Shown here: piece after piece, positions 1-8,634 of the stretch
Numbering within the stretch: the stretch's first letter is position 1
Layout: the number at the start of each line of letters is the position of its first letter
Source of the DNA: Methanosarcinales archaeon
Lineage (GTDB): Archaea > Halobacteriota > Methanosarcinia > Methanosarcinales > Methanocomedenaceae
DNA length: 64,000 nucleotides
Direction of reading: 5' to 3'
NCBI GenBank assembly: GCA_021108405.1
Contig: JAIOQW010000347.1
Location: forward strand, 18,486 to 82,485
The notes under the pieces: generated by a model
Database searches by the model: none
What the model saw: the letters and a program-made list of their open reading frames with translations, nothing else
What the model was told of the DNA's origin: nothing
Made by a program: the position numbers and the translations under genes

Positions 1-696
1 ACGGGCAGGTTCAGGTAGTGTGTCAATGGCTCTATTAAATATAATGGTATTACCGTCCGGTTCAACCAGGGTGAACCTTGCATGGGGGTTAACAATGGCT
101 GTGTTTTTTAGATATTCCAGTACGCTTTGCCGCCTACCCTTGACATAGGAGGCTTTCATTTCCATCTCCACACGAGTACCTCTGGGCCGATCCCAGTCCA
201 CATTTTTATCTTCGATTATTTCAGGTTCATTGGTACTGGTATTAATTATCAGTTCATAATAATGAGCAGGTTTACCCCTATCGATCTTTGATATGATCCT
301 GGTTGGTCTGCCTGTGGTTAACTGGCTGTATAGTACAGCGGCAGAAATACCAATCCCCTGTTGTCCACGACTTTGCTTTATTGCATGGAACCTGGAGCCA
401 TACAGGAGTTTGGCAAAGGTCTTTGGGATCTGTTCCTTTATTATACCAGGTCCGTTATCCTCAATTACCGTTGCTATATTATCCCCGCCTGCATCTTCAA
501 TACTGATCATAATATCAGGTAAGATATCTGCATCTTCACATGCATCAAGTGCATTATCAACTGCTTCCTTTACTGCAGTTAGCAGACTACGTGGAGCCGA
601 ATCAAAACCAAGTATCTGTCTATTTTTCTCAAAAAATTCTGCTATACTGATAGCACGCTGCTTTTTTGCAAGCTCTTGCGCTATGATTTGTACCAC
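1..696 (-). CDS. top6B: DNA topoisomerase VI subunit B, 5' part (runs off window; missing from ORF track)
   Basis: Manual translation from GTG at 696 (SD AAGGTGA at 704-710): [31 protein letters not shown]...[13 protein letters not shown]...EDNGPGI...LLYGSRFH...[22 protein letters not shown]. These are the GHKL ATPase motifs of Top6B. Confidence 0.95.
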   Translation of the reverse strand, partial: MVQIIAQELAKKQRAISIAEFFEKNRQILGFDSAPRSLLTAVKEAVDNALDACEDADILPDIMISIEDAGGDNIATVIEDNGPGIIKEQIPKTFAKLLYGSRFHAIKQSRGQQGIGISAAVLYSQLTTGRPTRIISKIDRGKPAHYYELIINTSTNEPEIIEDKNVDWDRPRGTRVEMEMKASYVKGRRQSVLEYLKNTAIVNPHARFTLVEPDGNTIIFNRAIDTLPEPAR

Positions 697-738
697 TAAT
701 GTATCACCTTATTAACAATAAAGCAAAATGATATCCAA

Positions 739-969
739 TCAGAGTTCCGCACCAACAACTGTCTGTGTAGAAGTGACACTCTCGCTCTCACGTATTGTGT
801 CCACAAGATTATTCAGGGTACTTAAGCCTTCTACTTCGCTAATAACCACAAAATCATACTCTCCGAAGATATGATAGATATCCTTGGTACCTTTGATGCT
901 CTTCAATTCATTAAAAGCTGATTTCTCTTGACCTGGTACTACTTTGACCATAGTCACACCGATTACCAT
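739..969 (-). CDS. Stand-alone Lrp/AsnC ligand-binding (RAM) domain protein
   Basis: 76 aa with YHIFGEYDFVV and a C-terminal TSTQT motif typical of the AsnC C-domain. Confidence 0.85.
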   Translation of the reverse strand: MVIGVTMVKVVPGQEKSAFNELKSIKGTKDIYHIFGEYDFVVISEVEGLSTLNNLVDTIRESESVTSTQTVVGAEL

Positions 970-1012
970 ATATTGTCACCGTCCATTTACTATATCCAAT
1001 TAAAATTTTTAT

Positions 1013-1177
1013 AGTATATCAAGTATAACTTGATATATCGAAAATGTTCACTTCGTTCACATTTTCTAATTCTCCATTCCTCTGGAATATCGGACGAAGA
1101 TTCTACGAATCTTCTAATCTTCGGCTCTTTTAAGAGTCTCAGTCAAGAAAATCCGACCAAAGGGAGGATTTTGTTCT
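1013..1177 (+). repeat. Modular hairpin element, 165-bp form (modules A-B-C-D-E-F)
   Basis: AGTATATCAAGTATAACTTGATATA...GAAAATGTTCACTTCGTTCACATTTTC...CATTCCTCTGGAAT...GAAGATTCTACGAATCTTC...GGCTCTTTTAAGAG...AAGAAAATCCGACCAAAGGGAGGATTTTGTTCT. Confidence 0.9.
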
Positions 1178-1253
1178 TGACTCCCATATTGGTTTAATTA
1201 GCTTTAAAGGTTAGGATTTCAAACGATAGATGCAATTCATGTTTCTGAATTTT

Positions 1254-2138
1254 TTACGCAGTACCGTTTTTCGCAGGATCATATGAAGACTTAACTAATC
1301 GTTTTGCCAGATTTGATGCACTTCGAAGCTGCAGACCGGATTTAGTAAAAAAGAATTGATGCGGCATTTCATTGATCTCTGTTAACCGCATTTTTTGGAT
1401 CTCAATAAAATACGTTTTATATTGATCTAATTCCTGTCTAAATTTTTTATCAAAGAAAAAAATACCATCACCCATAAAATCAAAATCATCATATTCATTT
1501 ATTTCAATACCATGTTTTTTTTCTGTAATAGCAAAACAAGTTATTTTTTTTTCTTTAATGATCTTTAAGATATTTCTCCATTCTGACGAATGTCTGAATT
1601 TCTCATGTGAAGAAAAAAGATTAAGTGAATCAAAAACAATACGTTTTGGCTTAAAAACCTCAATAATCTCTATAATCTCCTCTAATGACAGCATAGTAAA
1701 TCCGAATATTTCCAGATACCCTTTATCCAGATAATCTCCGACATCCCATCCATATCGTATAGACTGTTTGATCAACTGTTCTACTTTTTCCTCAAAAGAG
1801 AAAAAAATACATTTTTCATTGTCCTTCATACCCTCCAATAAGAACTGCATGGAGAATGTAGTCTTACCAGTTCCAGGGGGACCTGTTACTACTACAACAA
1901 ACCCTTCGGGAATTCCACCTTCTACTAATTCATCGAAACCCGGGATACCAGTTCTTACTCTTTTAATAACTTTGCTGAGGCTTTGAGGATCTATTTTATC
2001 TTTTAAACGGATTTTATCCATACCTAACAATGCACGCTCTAAAACCACATTCTTAGCACCTAACTCCTGCTCATAACGCTCAAGTACTCTCATAGCCTCT
2101 GTACTAAGAGTAGTATGGATAGGGTGTTTAGCACGCAT
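1254..2138 (-). CDS. KaiC/RAD55-like ATPase with N-terminal ribbon-helix-helix-like extension
   Basis: TGIPGFDEL, Walker A GPPGTGKT, SFEE, Walker B IVFDS, QKMR, plus about 55 extra N-terminal residues. Confidence 0.85.
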   Translation of the reverse strand: MRAKHPIHTTLSTEAMRVLERYEQELGAKNVVLERALLGMDKIRLKDKIDPQSLSKVIKRVRTGIPGFDELVEGGIPEGFVVVVTGPPGTGKTTFSMQFLLEGMKDNEKCIFFSFEEKVEQLIKQSIRYGWDVGDYLDKGYLEIFGFTMLSLEEIIEIIEVFKPKRIVFDSLNLFSSHEKFRHSSEWRNILKIIKEKKITCFAITEKKHGIEINEYDDFDFMGDGIFFFDKKFRQELDQYKTYFIEIQKMRLTEINEMPHQFFFTKSGLQLRSASNLAKRLVKSSYDPAKNGTA

Positions 2139-2179
2139 ATTATTGTATCCTGTTCATACCTGGTATCAGGTACTAATAA

Positions 2180-2602
2180 TCAGTTGTGTTTTTTACTGGT
2201 AATAAATAAAAAGACCAGTGCTATCATTACAGCTATTGGTAAGGCCATTAGTGGAAATTCCGGTACTAATATCGTATTATTCGGGTTTATAGTAATATTG
2301 AACTCTTCACCAGCTTCATTTCTACTCTTACCAAACTCACCGTCTTTTTCTGCAACTATATAAATGGTTCTATTTTCAGGTAATGACTCCAGAGAAATGG
2401 AAAAATCCCCGTTCATATCTGTCCAACTGCTGTATAAACAGTCAGTATAATCATCATTTTCATATATTGATATTGCAGCAAATCGTACAGGTTCTCCATT
2501 GTTGTTGTTAACTGACCCATGTACTTCTAAAGCCACACAAGGCATACTCATAGCCAGTAATAAGATAAGTGCCAGCATAACTCTTATAATAGTATTATTC
2601 AA
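2180..2602 (-). CDS. Secreted PEF-CTERM protein with carboxypeptidase-regulatory-like beta-sandwich
   Basis: Signal peptide, VHGSV...GEPV...TDMNGDFS, C-terminal VPEFP + TM helix + KK. TTG start with a GGAGG SD. Confidence 0.8.
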   Translation of the reverse strand: MNNTIIRVMLALILLLAMSMPCVALEVHGSVNNNNGEPVRFAAISIYENDDYTDCLYSSWTDMNGDFSISLESLPENRTIYIVAEKDGEFGKSRNEAGEEFNITINPNNTILVPEFPLMALPIAVMIALVFLFITSKKHN

Positions 2603-2836
2603 TTAATTTTCCTCCTAACCACCCGGAAAGCATATATGTATTAAATAAATATAATCTTGAATATTGTTTAACTGAATTTATTATTGATTTGGAATATTAA
2701 TGGGAATTATTAATTTATTTTACTATTACTACCATTCTTAACTATTTAAATCTTACGAAAAAAATAGAATGTGATGATCATCATTATTACAATTTATTTT
2801 ATATTTGAAGTGGATACAAAAATAGCAATAAGTCAA

Positions 2837-3826
2837 TTATGGTACAAATAATCCAATCACGCAAAATACGCTTGTTAAAAGAAACATTGCTTTAGTTGCC
2901 TGTTTTTCATCAACTTTCATATAATATGGCAATATCCACTTGAGAGTCAACGGATTTGGTACTTCAAGGGTTCCATCATTCCTTATCTTTCCAAATTTAG
3001 CAGTTGGAAATTTTCTTATTTTCCAGTATACATATAATAAAAAATTTACTGTATGTGGAATAAGCATAATAAATCCACTTACAATAAATCCCTGGACAAC
3101 AATAAGTGCTCCGATAGTAGATCCTACTGTAAGGGATCCTATATTACCCCAGAAGATTTTTGAAGGATACCGTTCAAATATATAAAAACCAAATGTTGCG
3201 CCAGTAATACTGATAATTGAAAATATATTATCAACATCCATGACTATTATACTTTTAATGATCAAGGACATTAGTATTATCACTGAAAGACCGGAAGACA
3301 ATCCATTATATCCAGAATGCATATTTATTAAATTCGCAGCAACCAGAACGAATGTAGGAACAATGAGCTGGATATATATATCTCCTAAGTCTACATATCC
3401 TATTATCGGGAATACTACTGTTGTGTTGGTTACATATTGAATTAAGGGATATGAGCAATAATACATGATAAGAAGCTTGGATGCTCGACCTATATCCAGC
3501 ATGTCATCAAGTATTCCAAATAATGCAAATGATGTAATGACAACAAGTATCACATAATTCATTGATTCGAATTTGAAAAAAAGTGAATTCAAGGATAATG
3601 CAAGCAAAGAAATAAGAATGATTGCAATCCCACCACCGGTAGGTACTTTTACTCCACCTTTTTTATAGACATCCGGAACCACCAAATTTTTTTCAATAAG
3701 TTTCCTGATAAGATAGGGTATAAATAAAATTGATCCGATAAAAGGAAGAAAGAAAACGCTAACTATTTCAATCATTAATAATGGTTGAGATGATATTAAT
3801 TGAATAAATGGATCAAGAACTGACAA
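2837..3826 (-). CDS. Polyprenyl-phosphate N-acetylhexosamine-1-phosphate transferase (AglH/DPAGT1/MraY-like)
   Basis: Multi-TM protein with VPTGGG, GILDD, NLINMHSGYNGL and KIFWGNIGS motifs. Confidence 0.85.
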   Translation of the reverse strand: MSVLDPFIQLISSQPLLMIEIVSVFFLPFIGSILFIPYLIRKLIEKNLVVPDVYKKGGVKVPTGGGIAIILISLLALSLNSLFFKFESMNYVILVVITSFALFGILDDMLDIGRASKLLIMYYCSYPLIQYVTNTTVVFPIIGYVDLGDIYIQLIVPTFVLVAANLINMHSGYNGLSSGLSVIILMSLIIKSIIVMDVDNIFSIISITGATFGFYIFERYPSKIFWGNIGSLTVGSTIGALIVVQGFIVSGFIMLIPHTVNFLLYVYWKIRKFPTAKFGKIRNDGTLEVPNPLTLKWILPYYMKVDEKQATKAMFLLTSVFCVIGLFVP

Positions 3827-4444
3827 TATTTCACATTTCTCCTTGTGTATATCTTTTTTTTAATTTTTTCTGCAATACAATATTATATTTTATGTTTTTT
3901 AATTATTGCGGTATAGGTAGATTCTATTACATGAAATGCAGCATATTTAAATTTTATCTAATCAGGACAAAGTTGTGATTATAAATATTTACACTCTGTA
4001 GATTATAGATAGATTTAAATATTTTATAGTCAGTTATTAAAGTATATAATCGGTCTTGAGAAAAATTGTCAGATTTGCATTTGGTCTGAATAACTTGATT
4101 ATTTATTCCAGGTATATAAGGTAAAATTTGTAGATTTATCATTTGATAACTGCAAATCAGTTCGTAGTTAAAGCAAAAGTTAATAGACTTGTCATCACAT
4201 GTTGAATCGAAACTGTATAAATTTGCAGTTCAACAAATAATAAAAGAAGTGTGAAAAATGAATAGCCAAACAAGATGGATAAGCATATGATGAAGGATTG
4301 ATGATGGAGATGCAAGCCGACAGCCACTGGTGCAGGTCCGCAAATCCATCCTGGAGATGTGACTGTCTCAAAAGAGGTGATCGTGGTTTGCGAGTTCAAG
4401 TGAATTTTGTCCCAAGTATTATATATCCGTCTTATATGACCCAT

Positions 4445-4516
4445 AGTATTATATACTCAAGAAAATCCGAGCGTTAACGAGTATTTTGTTCTACATCAAG
4501 TTATACATGATATACT
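4445..4516 (+). repeat. Degenerate hairpin element (collapsed A + F) followed by an inverted A module
   Basis: AGTATTATATACTCAAGAAAATCCGAGCGTTAACGAGTATTTTGTTCT then ACATCAAGTTATACATGATATACT. Confidence 0.75.
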
Positions 4517-4635
4517 ATTAAAAAATATATGACAATGAGTATAAGGATAACCACAAGCTTTATCGACATATTTATATAGTTTTAATTTATATTAAAAACA
4601 ATTAATTTAATTAGCATTTCCAGGAGGAAAGCAGG

Positions 4636-4896
4636 ATCATTCGAAAAATATTTGGAGCTGTAAGTATATTTATAATAATTTTTTGTTTAGCAGGGATTGT
4701 AGATGCAATTGTATCCGGGTATGATAATATCGACTCTGAAGAACTAGAAAAAAAAAATACTTCGTTGGAAGAAAAGATAATTAATAGTCCCAAAGTTGAT
4801 GATTCAAAACATATCCCTGAATTCTCATCTATTGCACTTCCTATCGCAATAATAATCGGGATCTTGTTTATATATACATCTCACAAAGAAACATGA
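4636..4896 (+). CDS. Mini PEF-CTERM protein (86 aa) with non-canonical ATC/ATT start; absent from ORF track
   Basis: Open frame (I)IRKIFGAVSIFIIIFCLAGIVDA...DDSKHIPEFSSIALPIAIIIGILFIYTSHKET*. GGAGG at 4623-4627. In-frame stop at 4612 and no ATG/GTG/TTG before the signal peptide. Confidence 0.7.
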   Translation: MIRKIFGAVSIFIIIFCLAGIVDAIVSGYDNIDSEELEKKNTSLEEKIINSPKVDDSKHIPEFSSIALPIAIIIGILFIYTSHKET

Positions 4897-4923
4897 AAAA
4901 AAAATTAAATACCGGAACCAGGA

Positions 4924-6747
4924 CTACAACAGTCCAAGTTCCTTGAGTTTACTATTAGTAGGTTTGCCGTTCTCCCAGCCACGTAGAGTATAATATTCAG
5001 GAAGCATTTCAGATAGATGTGATACTTTTCCTTTTGATGCTCCACTTGAAATCGGCTCTTTAAGTAACCTTTTCGGTAGTGTATCATCTTTTTCATCAAC
5101 TCCATACCTATTGTTTATAAGCCTCTCTAAATTAGTCACCCTTTCACCTATTGTTAACACATCACTTTCATCTTTATCCCAGCCGGTGATACTGGATAAC
5201 ATGCTCGTATAGTCTGGTAACCCAAGTGCAAATGTATTGAACAGACATACCACTGATGAATTTACCACTGAAGTAAAATCCTGGAAAGTTATGGTCCACT
5301 GTGCTTTATTACTGGTAGTATACGGATCAAGTTTTTCAGGCAGTCCGGTTATCTCAGGAGCTATCATATAACCGCTGACATGACACCCACCTCTATTAGC
5401 TGTTGCAAAGTTTAGTCCGATCCCCTGTATGGCGCGCGGGTCATAAGCCGGAAGTTCTAGTCCCTTGACACTCATAGATAGATCAGGTTGTTGGAATTTT
5501 ATTGCCATTTTTCTTGAGCCGTGTGCAAGCTCTGCACCGAAACCTGCACGGTATGCAGTCCTCCATACAGCTTCTACCATTGCCTCCGCATTTCCAAATG
5601 CAAGATCAAGGCCAGATAGGACAGAGGACGGAATGTTACCTTTTTCTACAAGTTCCATAGCACATGCAATAGTTGTACCCATACTAATAGTATCAAGCCC
5701 TAGTTCATTGCACAAATAGTTGGCTTTTATAATTGGTTCAAGATCAGCAATACCACAATCAGACCCAAATGCAAAGATGGTTTCATACTCAGGTCCCTCA
5801 CTTTTACTTACACTAAAGGCTCCGTCTGATACTTTACTGACTCTTCCACATCCGATCGGACATCCCCAACATGCCTTTTTTCCAATAAGATAGGTATCTG
5901 ATAGAGTCGGACCATTTTGCCTGTCAGCCTCAGGAAAATATCCATCCTGGAAATTCCGTGTAGGATATCCGCCATGATCGTTGATGGTATTAACAAGTAC
6001 GGCAGTGCCGTAAATAGGAAGTCCCTCACTGGTGACCCCATTCTCTTTAATTTTGCCAAGGGCTGTTCTAACATCCTGTTTAAGTGCATCCGGTCTGGCA
6101 ATAGGTACTTTTCCCGTACCATAGACTGCTATAGCTTTGAGATTCTTACTGCCCATGACAGCTCCGGCACCACACCGTCCTGCAGCACGGAAATTATCAT
6201 TAATGATACAGGCCATCGGGACCTTATTCTCTCCTGCCGGGCCTATACATGCTACTGAAGCCTTTGGCTGGTCGAGCATTTTAAGTATAGTATCTGTGGT
6301 GGAAAAGGTATTCATACCCCAAATACCGGATGCATCCATAAGCTCTGCTTTACCGTCAATTATACCTAGATATACCGGAGTGTCAGAAGCACCGCTGATA
6401 ATTACTGCATCATATCCTGCAAATTTAAGATAAGGACCCCATTTTCCACCTGAATTGGCACTTCCAAGCAGACTGGTAAGCGGGGAGCGCATAGTAATAA
6501 CATGATACCTGCCACTTGTAGGATAAGTTGTACCTGTAGCAGGACCGGTAGCAAAGACAATAGTATTATCCGGCCCAAGCGGGTCAATATCAGGTTTAAA
6601 CCTGTCATATATCATCTTCAGGGCAAGACCCTTTCCGCCTATGAACATCTCTGCTATATTTTCATCTAACTGAATATCTGTTAGTCTACCTCTGGTAAGA
6701 TCTACTTCTAATATTGTTCCGATATATCCACCCAACATATGTATCAT
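4924..6747 (-). CDS. aor: Tungsten-dependent aldehyde:ferredoxin oxidoreductase family
   Basis: GGKGL, SPLT, SANSGG, AAGRCGAGAVMGSKNLKA, CWGCPIGC, GPEYET, GLDTIS, RGGCH, EYYTLRGW. Confidence 0.92.
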   Translation of the reverse strand: MIHMLGGYIGTILEVDLTRGRLTDIQLDENIAEMFIGGKGLALKMIYDRFKPDIDPLGPDNTIVFATGPATGTTYPTSGRYHVITMRSPLTSLLGSANSGGKWGPYLKFAGYDAVIISGASDTPVYLGIIDGKAELMDASGIWGMNTFSTTDTILKMLDQPKASVACIGPAGENKVPMACIINDNFRAAGRCGAGAVMGSKNLKAIAVYGTGKVPIARPDALKQDVRTALGKIKENGVTSEGLPIYGTAVLVNTINDHGGYPTRNFQDGYFPEADRQNGPTLSDTYLIGKKACWGCPIGCGRVSKVSDGAFSVSKSEGPEYETIFAFGSDCGIADLEPIIKANYLCNELGLDTISMGTTIACAMELVEKGNIPSSVLSGLDLAFGNAEAMVEAVWRTAYRAGFGAELAHGSRKMAIKFQQPDLSMSVKGLELPAYDPRAIQGIGLNFATANRGGCHVSGYMIAPEITGLPEKLDPYTTSNKAQWTITFQDFTSVVNSSVVCLFNTFALGLPDYTSMLSSITGWDKDESDVLTIGERVTNLERLINNRYGVDEKDDTLPKRLLKEPISSGASKGKVSHLSEMLPEYYTLRGWENGKPTNSKLKELGLL

Positions 6748-6887
6748 TCCTGTCTTTTATAGTAACTGTTCGCTGTTTCTTGCAGTTATTGCAATATATA
6801 ACCGGGTCCGTTGTAATTCATGTTGAATTAGCATTAATTAGTGAAAATCCGTTTTTTTTCAGTAATGCGACGATCTCGTATTATATA

Positions 6888-7052
6888 AGAACAAAATCCT
6901 CACTTCATTCGGATTTTCTTGACTGAGGCTCGTAAAAGAGCCGAAGATTAGAAGATTCGCAGAATCTTCGTCTGACATTCCAGAGGAATGGAGGATTAGA
7001 AAATGTGAACGAAGTGAACATTTTCGATATATCAAGTTATACTTGATATACT
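6888..7052 (-). repeat. Modular hairpin element, 165-bp form (A-B-C-D-E-F)
   Basis: Reverse-complement homolog of 1013-1177, same length. Confidence 0.9.
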
Positions 7053-7182
7053 ATAAAAAATAATAAACATAGGTCACTATAAACCTATGCTTTTAAGAAA
7101 ATACTTATATCGTTAGTGTTAACCTGGAAAATAAGTATGTTTATACTTTCATATACATTTAAAAAATGAGGACATTATATCC

Positions 7183-8634
7183 TCATTTTTTTCTTTTATC
7201 TATTTGTCGGACTGCTATTATCAAGCCGAAGATTGCTGCAATTATGCTAAAACCAGGTAATCCGCCTTCATCGGATGTCTTGTCAGGTATCGCATCAGTT
7301 GCTTCACCTGATATCGTGGATTCCGCACCCAGACCTGTTCCGTATTCGTCATCTGATGTTGATGATATTTTCTCGGCTGTAATAGAAAATGGAGAGAAAC
7401 CTGGTGTTTCGCCCTCGAATTTTAAAAAGTCTGCATCATGACCGATCTTTGTTGTCTTTAATGAATCCCAGTTTCCATCACTGTATCTATTTAATGCGAT
7501 CGTAGCTATATTGATATTGTTGGTATCGATCCATGATCTCTCTATTGTAAAGAAAACTTTTGCACCGGCAATATTTTCAGATGATGCCCAGTTGCTGTTT
7601 CCAACATTAATATTAATATTTTTATATATCACACCTGCCGGAGGTTTGTCAACTATTGTGGAGATATCTTTAAGCACTTCCACTTCTGCAGCGATCGATC
7701 CGGCATTTGTTAGACCTGTAAATGTGATGGATTGGACACTATTACCCTCGGATTCGAAATTATAAGTTATTTTGGAATCTTTGGATATATACTGTCTTTT
7801 GGTCTCTGATATGTGGATATTATTATTATTTTCACCGGAAGAAGTGGTACCAACACCACGGTTACTGCTGCTGCTACTACTACTGCTACTACTGCTTACA
7901 CTTGATTCTGATCTGGTGACTGACACATCTTCAGTTACAGTTCCTCCAGGGATAGATGATGTAATTTCTACTGTAAATGTATTAGACTCAACCGGAGAAT
8001 CAGCTTTTACTACCCAATAACCGGAACTACTTGCTCCTCCACTTGCTATGGTACCCAATGAATATGATAAGCTGCCTGTGGAAAGACTCCAACCGGTAGG
8101 AAGGGTTATTGCTGCAGTCACATCAGTGGCATCAGCAGCAGTTATTTCTCCGAGGTTTGTAACAGTATAGTCTAATCTGACAGTACCTCCGGCACTGACC
8201 GAGCTCTTGTCTTTAATCACAGCCACATCAATAACCGGTCTATCTTTAATTGTGAGAGGATTTGATGTTGTCTTAGGTGTTGCCGGATTATCTGTTCCGG
8301 TAGCGGTGATTGTAAAGGGATTGCTGTAGGTACCAGGTGTATTTGCAGTCAATGACCATTCGACCTTCTCAGTTGTATTTGAACTAAAAGTGATTTGTTG
8401 AGCGCTATTTTCGATACTGACACCTACACCGTCACCTGGTATCAATGTGACGGTTACTGTTTTAGATGTGGTTATCCCTTCAGCAGTGATAGATGTCGAA
8501 ACTGAAAATGATTCATCCTTTACTACTGTATTGACATCACCAATAGTATTGATTTGTAAAGATGAAACTGCACTTACTGTTTGGATATTCAATGCTAATA
8601 CTAGAATAATCAATATTAATGATATTAGTCTCAT
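7183..8634 (-). CDS. Cell-surface protein: Ig-like/CARDB-type domains, poly-Ser linker, PGF-pre-PGF domain, PGF-CTERM
   Basis: Signal peptide, poly-S run, ETPGFSPFSI, C-terminal LPGF + TM + KRKK. ATGA overlap with the upstream giant gene. Confidence 0.85.
   Translation of the reverse strand: MRLISLILIILVLALNIQTVSAVSSLQINTIGDVNTVVKDESFSVSTSITAEGITTSKTVTVTLIPGDGVGVSIENSAQQITFSSNTTEKVEWSLTANTPGTYSNPFTITATGTDNPATPKTTSNPLTIKDRPVIDVAVIKDKSSVSAGGTVRLDYTVTNLGEITAADATDVTAAITLPTGWSLSTGSLSYSLGTIASGGASSSGYWVVKADSPVESNTFTVEITSSIPGGTVTEDVSVTRSESSVSSSSSSSSSSSNRGVGTTSSGENNNNIHISETKRQYISKDSKITYNFESEGNSVQSITFTGLTNAGSIAAEVEVLKDISTIVDKPPAGVIYKNININVGNSNWASSENIAGAKVFFTIERSWIDTNNINIATIALNRYSDGNWDSLKTTKIGHDADFLKFEGETPGFSPFSITAEKISSTSDDEYGTGLGAESTISGEATDAIPDKTSDEGGLPGFSIIAAIFGLIIAVRQIDKRKK

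Noticed and set aside
293..715. 140-aa plus-strand ORF
   Set aside because: Antisense shadow of top6B.
1013..1177. Hairpin elements as simple terminators or classical TIR-MITEs
   Set aside because: They occur upstream, downstream and between divergent genes in both orientations. They lack long terminal inverted repeats, and the filled/empty pairs show no target duplication.
4300..4403. Fragment QIHPGDVTVSKEVIVVCEFK resembling a SIMPL-domain C-terminus
   Set aside because: Too short, with no start, to support without a search.
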